From Kofleriaceae bacterium (GTDB lineage: Bacteria; Myxococcota_A; Polyangia; Haliangiales; Haliangiaceae), in assembly GCA_965215005.1 (NCBI GenBank), contig CBDCCZ010000054.1:64001-128000 (forward strand): a stretch of 64,000 nt of DNA, in the 5' to 3' direction. This document shows positions 1 to 10,544 of the stretch, piece by piece; position 1 is the first letter of the stretch, and each line of letters starts with the position of its first letter. Below the pieces are notes generated by a model, which saw only the letters and a list, made by a program, of their open reading frames with translations, searched no databases and had not been told where the DNA came from. Position numbers and translations under genes: made by a program.

Positions 1-48
1 TCCGCTGCTGCGTATCGGCAGCTGGTATACCGGCTCACGTGTCTTCCT

Positions 49-136
<88 letters not shown>

Positions 137-166
137 GTTCTGCTTCTCCACTCGTTCTTGTGATTT

Positions 167-252
<86 letters not shown>

Positions 253-322
253 TTTTTTGCGGCCGGTGATCGTCCATGAGACGGTCGCCGGCCGTTTCTT
301 TATGCGATAGGGTGGGCTGGCC

Positions 323-2485
323 GTGTCGTACCTGGTTCTTGCGCGAAAGTATCGGCCTCAGACCTTTAGCGAGGTGGTTGGCCAAGAGCACGTCACGCGT
401 ACGTTGGCGAACGCGTTCGCGCAGGACCGCGTGCACCACGCGTTTCTGTTTTGTGGGCCGCGCGGCTGTGGCAAGACCACCACGGCGCGCATTCTCGGCA
501 AGGCGCTCAACTGCGAGGTCGGGTCGTCGCCGGAGCCATGCGGCAGGTGCGCCGCCTGTCAGAGCATCCTCGCCGGCAGTGCCGTGGATTACTTCGAGAT
601 GGACGGCGCGTCCAACCGCGGTATCGATGCGATTCGCGAGCTCACGGATGCGGTGAGATACCAGCCGGCGGTGCTGCGCAAGAAGGTCTACGTCATCGAC
701 GAGGTCCACATGTTGACCCCGGAGGCCTTCAACGCGCTCCTCAAGACGCTGGAGGAGCCGCCCCCGCACGTGACCTTCGTTCTTGCCACCACCGAGCCGC
801 AAAAGCTCCCCAACACGATCCTGTCGCGTTGTCAGCGGTACGACTTCAAGTTGGTTCCGAGCCAACGGCTGGCCGAGCACCTCACAGCAATTTTTGCCGC
901 CGAGTCCCTGGCGGCCGAATCCGGAGCGGTGAACCTCATCGTTCGTGAATCGGGTGGGTCGGTGCGCGATGCGCTCTCGATCGCCGACCAGGTCATCTCC
1001 TACGCCGGCGATAGCGCTCTCACCGAGGGAAGCGTCGCCGAGGTGCTGGGCGTTGCCGACCGTGCCTTGACCCGCGCTATCGTGACGGCGCTTGCCGCTG
1101 GCGACGCGGCCAGCGCGCTAGACGCGGTCGACCAGGCGGCAACGCGCGGTGTCGATGAGGTGCAAATCGCGCGGGCGGTGGTGCGATACCTGCGCGACCT
1201 CGCAGTGCTGCAGGTGGCGCCGCAGTCCGAGCAACTCGTCGATGGCACCGCCGAGGAGCGTGCCGAGCTGGTTGCGGAGTGCAAGCGGCTCGATCGGGCT
1301 CGTGTGCGGCAGATGTTCGACCGCATGGTGCGGGCGTGCGACGAGCTGGGTGAGACGCAGATGCCGCGAATGGTCTTGGACCTGGCGCTGATTGACGTGG
1401 CGGCATTGGAGCCGCTGTTGCCGCTCGGCGATCTGCTCGAGCGGCTCGCCGAGCTCGAAATCCGGCTCGGCGGTGGTGGTGGTTTGGGTGGTGGCGGTGG
1501 TTCGGTGCGCGGGCCGTCATCGTCATCGGGCTCGCGCGGAACCAGCCGGGATTCTTCGCGCGGCGGGACCGGCGAACGGGGCGGCGCCTCGGCCGCTTCG
1601 TCGGACGCCGCACGTAGTGACCTTGATGAGCGGGCGCCCGTCGAGATGAGCTTGCCGCCGAGAGGCGCGGAGGCCCGACCGTCGCTGACGGCGGATCCGG
1701 GCGGCTTGGGCGAGGTCGCGTCAGGTGACGCTTCGTCTCATCGGCGCGCTGCGCCAGGCAACGCTGTCACCGGCACCTCGCCAGGCAGCAGCGCGAACGG
1801 CGCCACGGCGTCGAACGGCGCCACGACGTCGAATGGCGCCACGACGTCGAACGGCGCCACGACGTTGAATGGCGCCACGACGTCGAATGGCGCCACGACG
1901 TCGAACGGCGCCACGGCGTCGAATGGTCGCGGCCGAGGTGAGCTCGGTGGGGCGCTCGGCCAGCACTCAGCCGCGGACACGGTGAGCAACACGACTGCTC
2001 CGAGTCGCCACGAGCGCGGCTCGGAGCGGGCCGGCTCCCGCGATGCCCCCGCGGCGCGCGATGCGACGGCGGCGGATCTAGCGGCGTGGCAAGAGCTCCT
2101 GAGCGCCCTCGCCGAAAGCCGCAAGATGTCGCTGTACGGCATCTTCGAGCAGGCGCGGCTGCTCCGCTGGCAACACGATTCGCTCGAGGTCGGCTTCACG
2201 CCCGACCTTGCGGGGCTCGCCGAGATGGCCGGCGAGCGCGACAACCTCTCGGTGATGAAGGCCTTCCTCACCGAACGCTATGGACGTTCCATCGACCTCG
2301 TCGTACGTCAGCTGGCAGACGGCGAGGCGGCCAAGAGTTCGGCTCGATCGGTGCTAGAGGTAGAGCAAAAGCGGCGCTCAGATGAGCGCGCAGTGCTCGA
2401 GGCGGAGGCGCGCGCCCACCCGCTCACCAACATGGTCCTCGAGACGTTTGGCGCCACAATCAAGGAGATCAAAACCGATGTCTAA
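323..2485 (+). CDS. dnaX: DNA polymerase III subunit gamma/tau
   Basis: MSYLVLARKYRPQTF start, Walker A GPRGCGKTT, Cys4 zinc module, DEVH, SRC motif; long low-complexity linker. Confidence 0.97.
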   Translation: MSYLVLARKYRPQTFSEVVGQEHVTRTLANAFAQDRVHHAFLFCGPRGCGKTTTARILGKALNCEVGSSPEPCGRCAACQSILAGSAVDYFEMDGASNRGIDAIRELTDAVRYQPAVLRKKVYVIDEVHMLTPEAFNALLKTLEEPPPHVTFVLATTEPQKLPNTILSRCQRYDFKLVPSQRLAEHLTAIFAAESLAAESGAVNLIVRESGGSVRDALSIADQVISYAGDSALTEGSVAEVLGVADRALTRAIVTALAAGDAASALDAVDQAATRGVDEVQIARAVVRYLRDLAVLQVAPQSEQLVDGTAEERAELVAECKRLDRARVRQMFDRMVRACDELGETQMPRMVLDLALIDVAALEPLLPLGDLLERLAELEIRLGGGGGLGGGGGSVRGPSSSSGSRGTSRDSSRGGTGERGGASAASSDAARSDLDERAPVEMSLPPRGAEARPSLTADPGGLGEVASGDASSHRRAAPGNAVTGTSPGSSANGATASNGATTSNGATTSNGATTLNGATTSNGATTSNGATASNGRGRGELGGALGQHSAADTVSNTTAPSRHERGSERAGSRDAPAARDATAADLAAWQELLSALAESRKMSLYGIFEQARLLRWQHDSLEVGFTPDLAGLAEMAGERDNLSVMKAFLTERYGRSIDLVVRQLADGEAAKSSARSVLEVEQKRRSDERAVLEAEARAHPLTNMVLETFGATIKEIKTDV
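1796..1927 (+). repeat. 18-bp in-frame tandem repeat (7 units plus partial) encoding NGAT(T/A)S in the DnaX linker
   Basis: AAYGGCGCCACGRCGTYG repeated 7 times. Confidence 0.95.
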
Positions 2486-2828
2486 CGAAGAAGGTGGCGG
2501 CGGTACGTTCCCGGATCTGAGCAACATCATGCAAGTTGCTCAGAAGCTCCAAGGGGACGTCGCGCGGATGCAAGAGGAGCTGACCAAAATGACCTCCGAA
2601 GCCTCGGCTGGTGGCGGCATGGTTACCGCCGTGGTCAATGGTCAATACGAGGTGGTCTCACTTCGCCTCGACAAAGACGTGGTCGACCCAAGCGACGTTG
2701 GAATGCTCCAGGACCTGGTCGTGGCGGCCGTCAATCAAGCCATGGGCAAGATGCGAGAAGTCGCCAAGGAGCACATGGGTAAGCTGACCGGCGGGATGAA
2801 CATCCCCGGAATGCCCAACTTGTTCTGA
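2478..2828 (+). CDS. ybaB: YbaB/EbfC family nucleoid-associated protein
   Basis: AGGGMVTAVVNG and LQDLVVAAVNQA motifs; between dnaX and recR; ATG 2478 overlaps the dnaX end. Confidence 0.95.
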   Translation: MSNEEGGGGTFPDLSNIMQVAQKLQGDVARMQEELTKMTSEASAGGGMVTAVVNGQYEVVSLRLDKDVVDPSDVGMLQDLVVAAVNQAMGKMREVAKEHMGKLTGGMNIPGMPNLF

Positions 2829-2847
2829 AGAAGGCCGGCGGCGAGTC

Positions 2848-3444
2848 GTGCAAGGTCCCATCGAGCGTCTGGTCCAGCACCTCGCGCGGCTACCTGGCGT
2901 AGGCGAAAAGACTGCTACGCGATTGGCGTTTCACATCGTGCGCAGCCCTAAGGCGCACGCGCGCGATCTCGCCACCGCACTCCTCGATGTTGTCGACCGC
3001 ATCCGGCTTTGCTCGGTATGCGCCAACATCACCGAAGCCGATCCGTGCTCGGTGTGCACCGACGGACGCCGTGACGGCAGTCAGATCTGCGTCGTCGCAA
3101 ACCCCTCCGACCTAGTCGCCATCGATCGCTCTGGTCACTTTCGCGGGCGATTTCACGTGCTCCACGGACTGCTCTCACCCCTGGAGGGGATAGGGCCCGA
3201 AGACCTGCGCATCGACGAGCTTCTCACGCGCCTGGAGAGCCAGGAATCCAGCGTTGCCGAGATCATTCTCGCCACGGCGGCGAGCGTCGAGGGCGAGGCC
3301 ACAGCCATGTATCTGGCCCGGCTCATCAAACCGCTGGGGGTGGCGGTGAGTCGCATTGCCAGCGGCATACCGGTGGGAGGGGAGCTCGAATACTCTGATC
3401 AAGCGACGATTGCCCGCGCGATCGATGGCCGTGCACGAATGTAG
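2848..3444 (+). CDS. recR: Recombination mediator RecR
   Basis: HhH LPGVGEKTA, Cys4 zinc finger, TOPRIM with EGEATA, GIPVGGELEY. Confidence 0.97.
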   Translation: MQGPIERLVQHLARLPGVGEKTATRLAFHIVRSPKAHARDLATALLDVVDRIRLCSVCANITEADPCSVCTDGRRDGSQICVVANPSDLVAIDRSGHFRGRFHVLHGLLSPLEGIGPEDLRIDELLTRLESQESSVAEIILATAASVEGEATAMYLARLIKPLGVAVSRIASGIPVGGELEYSDQATIARAIDGRARM

Positions 3445-3610
3445 GTCCGTTGACTTCGGAGTCCGTTGCTATCTCGAGACCCGGCAGCCGCATAATTGCC
3501 TGGAAAGGTTGAACGAATCAGGAGCGCCTGTTAGCGTCAGTCGGTACGCGAAGCAGGCGTTACTGCTTCGTCGGTTCGGATCGTTAGCGGCGTCAAGGAG
3601 CCTCGAGGAC

Positions 3611-4090
3611 ATGGGGAACCAGCTGGTCATGTACGAAGAGGAGCTGCAGCAGATCAATGCGGTCTGCGAAGTGCTCCATCGGGACTCGAACGCCAAGGCG
3701 GTTCTCGTCATCGACAAAAACGGGCAAGCCATCGCGCAGGCCGGCGACGTCGATCACATCGACGTCACCTCTCTCTCCTCGCTAACCGCTGGCAACGTTG
3801 CGGCCACCGGCGGTATTGCCAACCTTCTCGAGGAGAAGGAGTTTGCCGGACAGTTCCACGAGGGCGAGCGGACCAACGTTCACATATCCATCGTCGCGGG
3901 GCGCGTCATCTTGCTGGTGCTGTTCGACGAGCGGTCTTCGCTCGGTTTGGTGCGGCTCCGCGTGAAAAAGGCCACCGGCGAGCTAACCTCTGTGCTCGAG
4001 GCGCTGGTGCAGAAGAGTCAGTCGGGTTCTCAACCGTCGGTGTTCGCGGAGATCACCGATGATGACATCGACAACCTCTTCAACGATTAG
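3611..4090 (+). CDS. mglB: MglB roadblock/LC7 GTPase-activating protein
   Basis: MGNQLVMYEEE...SLTAGNVAATGG...SSLGLVRLRVKKA...ITDDDIDNLF; GAGG before ATG 3611; directly upstream of mglA. Confidence 0.95.
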   Translation: MGNQLVMYEEELQQINAVCEVLHRDSNAKAVLVIDKNGQAIAQAGDVDHIDVTSLSSLTAGNVAATGGIANLLEEKEFAGQFHEGERTNVHISIVAGRVILLVLFDERSSLGLVRLRVKKATGELTSVLEALVQKSQSGSQPSVFAEITDDDIDNLFND

Positions 4091-4108
4091 GCGCGCTGAG
4101 ACACTCGC

Positions 4109-4696
4109 ATGAGCTTCATCAACTACTCATCTCGCGAGATCAACTGCAAGATCGTCTATTACGGTCCGGGTCTGTGCGGCAAGACCACCAACCTGCAGTA
4201 CATCTACAACAAGACCAACCCGGAGGCGAAGGGCAAGATGATTTCCCTCGCCACGGAAACCGAGCGGACGTTGTTCTTCGATTTCTTGCCGTTGTCGCTC
4301 GGCGAGATCCGCGGCTTCAAGACCCGCTTTCACCTCTACACCGTGCCCGGCCAGGTGTTCTACGATGCGAGCCGCAAGCTCATCCTCAAGGGCGTCGACG
4401 GCGTGGTGTTCGTGGCCGACTCGCAGATCGAGCGCATGGAAGCCAACATCGAGTCGCTCGACAACCTGCGCACCAACCTCGCAGAGCAGGGCTATGACCT
4501 CGACAAGCTTCCCTACGTCGTGCAGTTCAACAAGCGTGATTTGCCCAATGCATCGCCGCTTGCTGAGCTACAAGAGGTACTAAATCCCACCAACGTGGCC
4601 AGCTTCGAAGCAGTGGCCACCAAGGGCTCGGGCGTATTCGACACCCTCAAGGCGGTGGCCAAGCTGGTGCTGACGGAGCTCAAGAAAGGCGGCTAA
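4109..4696 (+). CDS. mglA: MglA small Ras-like GTPase (motility polarity)
   Basis: [37 protein letters not shown]. Confidence 0.98.
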   Translation: MSFINYSSREINCKIVYYGPGLCGKTTNLQYIYNKTNPEAKGKMISLATETERTLFFDFLPLSLGEIRGFKTRFHLYTVPGQVFYDASRKLILKGVDGVVFVADSQIERMEANIESLDNLRTNLAEQGYDLDKLPYVVQFNKRDLPNASPLAELQEVLNPTNVASFEAVATKGSGVFDTLKAVAKLVLTELKKGG

Positions 4697-4771
4697 CGGC
4701 TGCCGCGCTCAGGCCCGCTCCATCGCTCTCATCCGCCACGGCCAGGGCGGTGCAACGAACAAGGTGGCCTC

Positions 4772-6889
4772 ATGAACCTCGCAGAGCGACCCCGATTCCG
4801 CAATGACTTGGTAGCGCAGCCCATCGAAGAGGCAGGGCAGCTGTTCGTCGACGTCACCGACCCAGACTCGGGCGAGACGTTTCGCTTCTATGAGGTCGAG
4901 TACGCCCTTGCCTGTGCCATGGATGGTCAGCGCGACGTCGGCGGCTTGGTGCATTGGGCGGAAGAAGAGCTCGGACTCGTCCCGTCGAGCGACGAAATTG
5001 GCACCGTCGTAAAGACCCTCGACACGCTTGGATACCTCTCGCGCTCGGCGCGCAGCGCCGCGAGCGAGGACGTTGAGCTCGGCGCACCCGGAGCCGGTTC
5101 GCGGCGCTCCGCATCGGCCACCGAGCCACCGCAGGTGGAGCTAGGCGCTGCGGGAAGCGCCATCACGCCTTCTGAGGAGATGCCGCCACCGCCAGGTGAT
5201 GAGCTCGAGCTTGGTCGTGCGGGTGCGGATCAAATTCGCGGCTCGATGGCGGCCATCCCTTCTACCCCTCGCGGCGACGACGAAGCGCTCACACCGCGAG
5301 GTCAGTCGGCAGCGCCGAGCGTAGCCGCGTCCCAGGGCATGGAGCCGTCGGCTCCGCAGCGAGCCGAGTCCTCGGCTTCTTCCTCGTCCGCCGCGACCAA
5401 CCGCTTCGAACGCAGCACGCACGACGATAGCCTGGCGGCCTCGCGCGAAGCGTCGGGTCGCGCGATGACGCAGCCGCCGCGCTTGCCTACTGCCCCTCCG
5501 GGGCCCGCGCGTGGCTCTGCCGCGGAGCTGTTCGAAGAATCGTTTGCCGGCCTCATGGAAGAGCGGGCGCGGCCGGCCGCTGGCCCCTCGGCGATGGAGA
5601 TCGATGCGATCACGCCGCTTCCAGGGGAGGTGCAGCCATCGCTGCGTCCTCGTAGCAATGCCGACGCCGATGAGGATGGTCCCACCAACCTTCCCCCGGC
5701 ACAGCCCGACTTTGAAGACGAAGAGGTCTCGGTCGATCTCAGCCAGCATCTGTCGCTGGGCACCGCGGATGTAAAGGAAGCCGTTCGCGCCTCCAAGGTG
5801 ATGAAGGCGGTCGACGTGCCGCGCGAGCTCCTCGACGAGCTCGACGATCGGTCGCCTGCCGCGGCAATTCCGACCAGCACGGCGGCCGCGGCGGCGGCCT
5901 CTGCGGGCGCGGCTGTGCCCGCTCCCACCGCGGCGACGAGCGCTACGGCGCCGGCAACTCCCATGGCTGGCAAGCCGGCTCAAGAGCTACCGGCGACCCC
6001 AGCGGGCATGGAGCGGAGCGCGCCGGTTGGGCGGCCCGTCGAGGTTCCCACCGAGGGCGGGCATCCGCTGCCGAGCGAGGTCCGTCGCAACATCTCGCCG
6101 CTGCTCGTGGTGCTGATGGTGGTGGCCCTCCTCGGTGCTTGTGCCTACTACTACTGGGCTTTCATCTACGACCGCGGTGCAGTTTCGTCGGTCGACGAGC
6201 CCGCCGCGCTCGAGCCCGTCGAGCCGCTCGAGCCGTTACCTCCGCCGCCTCCAACCTCGGTGTTGGCCGCCGGAGCGCCCGTGGTGGAGGAGCTCGCTGC
6301 AGGAACCAACGGGCGTCTTGACGAGGTGGCCGAGCAAGGCGCAACCGTGGCCACCGATGATGTCGTCGCGCGTTTCGCCGGCTGGAAGCGCTATCAAGAC
6401 GAGATGGACCGCGATGAATACGATCTGAAGCGCTACGATCGCCGGATTGAGCGCGCATTGAGCGACAAAGAAGCGGCCGAGGCTGCGAGCAATGAAGCGG
6501 CAAAGAAGCGCGCCGAGCAGTTGATCGCGCAGACCGAAGACAAGATTGCGCGCCGCAAGGAAAGCATCGCCGCGAGTGCCGCTGCCATGGACAAGCTTCT
6601 TCTCAAGGCACCCTCGGATGGAGTCGTCGAGCGCGTCGCGCAGCCCGGCGCGGTGGTCAAAGCATCCGACGTGGTGGTGCGCATCCAGGGCGAGCCCACG
6701 ACTGTGGCTAGCTTTGAGCTACCGGCGGGGCAAGAAGCCAATTATTCGGCGGAGCAGACGGTGACACTCAAGGATGCCGCGAGCAGTCGCAGTATCGATT
6801 GCACCGTCAGCGAGCTCGTCGGACAGACCCTCAAGGCTCGATGCCCGTCGGAGGGGCTGCCAATCGGCAGCCAAGTGAAACTCGACTGA
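4772..6889 (+). CDS. Single-pass membrane protein: PqqD/winged-helix-like N-terminus, disordered Pro/Ala linker, TM helix, membrane-fusion-protein-like C-terminus
   Basis: 705-aa ORF; TM LLVVLMVVALLGACAYYYWAFI; lipoyl-like half-motifs flanking a coiled coil (KAPSDGVVERVAQPGAVVK). Confidence 0.7.
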   Translation: MNLAERPRFRNDLVAQPIEEAGQLFVDVTDPDSGETFRFYEVEYALACAMDGQRDVGGLVHWAEEELGLVPSSDEIGTVVKTLDTLGYLSRSARSAASEDVELGAPGAGSRRSASATEPPQVELGAAGSAITPSEEMPPPPGDELELGRAGADQIRGSMAAIPSTPRGDDEALTPRGQSAAPSVAASQGMEPSAPQRAESSASSSSAATNRFERSTHDDSLAASREASGRAMTQPPRLPTAPPGPARGSAAELFEESFAGLMEERARPAAGPSAMEIDAITPLPGEVQPSLRPRSNADADEDGPTNLPPAQPDFEDEEVSVDLSQHLSLGTADVKEAVRASKVMKAVDVPRELLDELDDRSPAAAIPTSTAAAAAASAGAAVPAPTAATSATAPATPMAGKPAQELPATPAGMERSAPVGRPVEVPTEGGHPLPSEVRRNISPLLVVLMVVALLGACAYYYWAFIYDRGAVSSVDEPAALEPVEPLEPLPPPPPTSVLAAGAPVVEELAAGTNGRLDEVAEQGATVATDDVVARFAGWKRYQDEMDRDEYDLKRYDRRIERALSDKEAAEAASNEAAKKRAEQLIAQTEDKIARRKESIAASAAAMDKLLLKAPSDGVVERVAQPGAVVKASDVVVRIQGEPTTVASFELPAGQEANYSAEQTVTLKDAASSRSIDCTVSELVGQTLKARCPSEGLPIGSQVKLD

Positions 6890-6945
6890 GCAAATCCGTG
6901 CGCTCGGCTGGTCGGCGCGGGGCACGTGTGTGTTGCTGAAGCGGC

Positions 6946-7164
6946 TTACGTCGCCGACCAGGTCTTCACGTCGAGGATGGGCCCTGTCATACCGATGCCC
7001 ATCGCGTCGCGGGCGATGGAGCCTTCGATGGTGACCTGTTGGCCTTCGCAGCGAAGGCTATCGTCGCCGCCGCGAAGTTGATAGCGCTCGCCATCGTCGG
7101 CGTGCAGCTCCCAAATGCCGCCCTCGAGATCGTTCTTGCGTACGGTGCCGGTGATGTTTGCCAT
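6946..7164 (-). CDS. Small beta-rich hypothetical protein (OB-fold/DUF5818-like)
   Basis: 72 aa, LEGGIWEL..DGERYQL..GQQVTIEG pattern; AGGA SD; downstream of the transglycosylase gene. Confidence 0.75.
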   Translation of the reverse strand: MANITGTVRKNDLEGGIWELHADDGERYQLRGGDDSLRCEGQQVTIEGSIARDAMGIGMTGPILDVKTWSAT

Positions 7165-7225
7165 GAGTTCCTTCGCAGCAAGGTAGCGTGGTTCGCGGTC
7201 GACGCCAATGCGTCAACGACTGCGA

Positions 7226-9326
7226 TCAATAGGTGAGGTCGTTGACGAGATAGTCGGCATCGATGGCGAGCGGCTGCTCATAGATGGTGCCCTCATAGAG
7301 GTAGAGGTAACGCGCGTAGATCTCGGGCACCTTCTTCATGTAGCCGCGCGTTTGATTGTACGAGACGAGCTCGATGAACTCATCGATCGGTCGCTCGCCG
7401 TTCTTGTCGAGCCAGCGCATCACCGGCCGCGGGCCGCTGTTGAACGAGCCCGCACCGATGGGAATCTGCTGCTTGAACTTCTCGAGGAGGTGCCCGATGT
7501 ACCAGGCGCCCGCGCGAATGTTCAGCTCCGGGTCGTAGAGCAAGTCGCTCGTGTACTCGAGACCGAGCTCCCCCACTACCCGGCGCGTCGTCGGCGGAAT
7601 CATCTGCAGCAGGCCGATCGCATCGGCGTACGAAACCGTGTGCGGATTGAAACCGCTTTCCTTGCGCATGATCGAGTAGAGGTAGTACGGCGGGTTATCG
7701 CCGATGCGCTGGTGCTTCTCCACGAGCTTTCGGTACGCGAGCGGATATGCATGCTCCCACCACACCCGCGCTTTGCCTTTGGGTGGTGCATCGAGCGCTC
7801 TACTACCGCCGTAAATCACCGCCAGCATCCATGGGCGGTTGAAGTTGTTCGCTTTGCGATAGCGATCCATGAGGATCGCCAAGGCGGCCGAGGTCGCGTG
7901 CCGCCGGATGAAGGCGCGCTCGCCCCGACGCAGCTCTTCTCCGGCTTCGACATCCAGGCCCGCGGCCATGAGCTCATCGGCCGCGCGAATCAGAGGATCG
8001 CGAGCGAGCCGCTCATCGACGCGCTCGTCGATCGCGGGGGCATCGGCCGGCGCGCGCGGGGCATCGCCGAAAGGCCCGAGGTCCACGCCCACCTCTTTCA
8101 GTCGTGAGTGAGCCAGGAGCGCGTACCACGAAAATGGATAGCGGCTGACCAGCGCGCGATACTCCGCGACCGCCTCTTCCTGGCGCTCGAGCTTCTGCAG
8201 CGCGCGCGCCTTCCAGTAGCGACCCTTGCCGTCTTCGAGGCGATCGGAGCCCTTCGCCACTTCCCTCGAATCGCGACAAAGCGCGCTGGTAGTCGCCCAG
8301 GAACCAATGCGACAGACCGAGGAACCACGTCGCGCTATCGGCCCAGCGGCTGCGCGGAAACCGCCGCCGCGTCTCTTCGAGGTACGGCACCGCCTCTCGA
8401 TAGTTGCCCATGTTGAATTCGAGCCAGCCCGATAACAGCTGCGCTTCGCCGGCCCAGTCGCTGCGCGGGTACTTGGCAACTACGCGCTGATACCAGCCAA
8501 TTGCCTGCTTATCCAAGTCGGCCCGCGACAGCGCGCGGGCGCCGTGAAACAACGCTCGCGCGGCCTCGCCGCCCATCTGCTCGTAGAGCCCGAGCAAAAT
8601 TCTGCCGGCATCGCCGTAGCGCCGCCGCATGCTGAAGTACGTCATCCCCAGCCAGTAGTCGCGCAAGCGCACCACCGCCGGGTCCTCATCATCGTCGATG
8701 CGCGAGAGCTCTGCGACCGCTTCGTGCCAGAGGTGCGCGGCCTTGAGATTCTTGGCGCGCTCGATGCGGTCACGAGCATCGAGCGAGGCGTCACCACCGT
8801 AGGCGATCAACTTCTCACGGATGTCGCTCGCCAGCGGGTGCGCCGGGTACTCGAGCCGCAGAGCGTGGAGCTGCTGCCGCGCCAGCGCAACCTTGCCTCG
8901 CTTTGCGTTGGCCTCGGCGATGCGAAACCGAGCGATGGCTTCATCGCCGCCGCCCCCGCGTTGCACCAGCCGCTCATAGCTCACGCGGGCCGGCTCTACG
9001 CGCCCCATCGCCCACAGCGCATCGGCCAGGCGCCACACTGCCAGGCTGGCAAAGCGCGAGCTTGGCGTCTTGCGCAGCCGCTCGAGCTGCGCGACCGCCG
9101 CGGCGTGGTTGCCGAGCATCGCTGCGGATTGCGCGGCCACGTATAGCGCGTAGTCGGCGTTTTCGAGCTTGGTGGTGTCGATCTTGCTGGCCACGGCATA
9201 GGCGCGGTCGTAGTTGCCGGCTTGGTACGCGCGCCATGCAGTTCCCAACGCCCGCGCGGGAGACTCGGCGCGGGCGGAGGCTGCTACCGTGAAGAGCACG
9301 ACGATGGCCACGGTTGCGCTGCGCAC
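7226..9326 (-). pseudogene. slt: Soluble lytic murein transglycosylase (signal peptide, TPR-like, SLT domain) split by a +1 frameshift
   Basis: N-terminal frame (GTG 9326) and C-terminal frame (IMRKESGF, AIGLLQM, FNSG motifs) join as FEEVAKG if one base of the CCC at 8263-8265 is removed. May be a sequencing error. Confidence 0.8.
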
Positions 9327-9374
9327 GATGGCCGAAGTATATCGTCCGGGCCGGCTCGCGCACCTGGGGGACTC

Positions 9375-10544
9375 ATGGCCTTTCGCGGAATTGACTACTA
9401 CGACCTCGATCCTCTCCTGCACGACGAGGAGCGCATGGCGCGCGATACCGTGCGTGCGTTCGTGTCGGAGAAAATCCTGCCGACCATCGGCAAGCACTTT
9501 TCTGCTGGCACCTTTCCTCACGAGCTCATCCCACGCTTTGGCGAGCTGGGACTCCTGGGCGCCTCGCTCGAGGGCTACGGTTGCCCCGGCAGCGGGCCGA
9601 TGATTTACGGCCTCATTTGCCAGGAGCTCGAACGCGGCGACAGTGGCGTTCGCTCGTTCTGCTCGGTGCAAAGCTCGCTAGTCATGTACCCGATCTGGGC
9701 CTACGGCTCGGAGGAGCAGAAACGCAAGTATCTGCCCAAAATGGCCGCTGGCGAGCTAATCGGCTGCTTTGGCCTTACCGAGCCCGACTTCGGCTCCAAC
9801 CCATCCGGAATGTTGACCACGGCCAAAAAAACCGCCACCGGCTATCGTCTCAACGGCGCCAAGCGTTGGATTACCAACGGCAGCATCGCCCAGGTGGCGC
9901 TGGTGTGGGCGCGGCTCGATGGTGGCAAGGTGCGCGGCTTCCTCGTCCCGACCGAAGCGGCCGGATTTTCGGCTCGAGACATTCACGGCAAGTGGTCGCT
10001 GCGCGCTTCCATCACCAGTGAGTTGATCTTGCAAGACTGCGACGTCGACGAAGACGCCATCTTGCCCGGCGTGGAAGGGCTTCGAGGGCCGCTGTCTTGC
10101 CTCAATCAAGCTCGATTCGGCATCTGCTTTGGAGCGGTCGGGGCGATGCAGGCGTGCTACGACGAAGCGCTCTCGTACGCCCGCGATCGGGTGCAGTTCT
10201 CGCGTCCCATCGCGGGATATCAGCTGGTGCAGCAAAAACTCGTCGACATGGTCACTGAGATCACCAAAGCACAGCTTCTGTGCCTGCAGCTCGGTCGGCT
10301 CAAGGAGAGCGGCGCGCTTCGCCCGCAGCAGGTTTCACTCGCAAAGCGCAACAACGTCTATTGGGCGCGCGAGCTGGCGCGAGCCGGTCGTGACATTCTC
10401 GGCGCAAACGGCGTCACCGATGACTACCAATGCGGCCGGCACATGCTCAATCTCGAGTCCGTGTACACCTACGAGGGCACGCACGACATCCACACGTTGA
10501 TCGTCGGGCAAGACGTCACCGGATTGGCTGCATTCGATACGTGA
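9375..10544 (+). CDS. gcdH: Acyl-CoA dehydrogenase, glutaryl-CoA dehydrogenase-like
   Basis: ELERGDSGVRSFCSVQSSLVMYPI, FGLTEPDFGSNP, YEGTHDIHTLI. Confidence 0.88.
   Translation: MAFRGIDYYDLDPLLHDEERMARDTVRAFVSEKILPTIGKHFSAGTFPHELIPRFGELGLLGASLEGYGCPGSGPMIYGLICQELERGDSGVRSFCSVQSSLVMYPIWAYGSEEQKRKYLPKMAAGELIGCFGLTEPDFGSNPSGMLTTAKKTATGYRLNGAKRWITNGSIAQVALVWARLDGGKVRGFLVPTEAAGFSARDIHGKWSLRASITSELILQDCDVDEDAILPGVEGLRGPLSCLNQARFGICFGAVGAMQACYDEALSYARDRVQFSRPIAGYQLVQQKLVDMVTEITKAQLLCLQLGRLKESGALRPQQVSLAKRNNVYWARELARAGRDILGANGVTDDYQCGRHMLNLESVYTYEGTHDIHTLIVGQDVTGLAAFDT

Noticed and set aside
1796..1927. Tandem repeat as a CRISPR array
   Set aside because: No spacers, in frame within dnaX, no cas genes.
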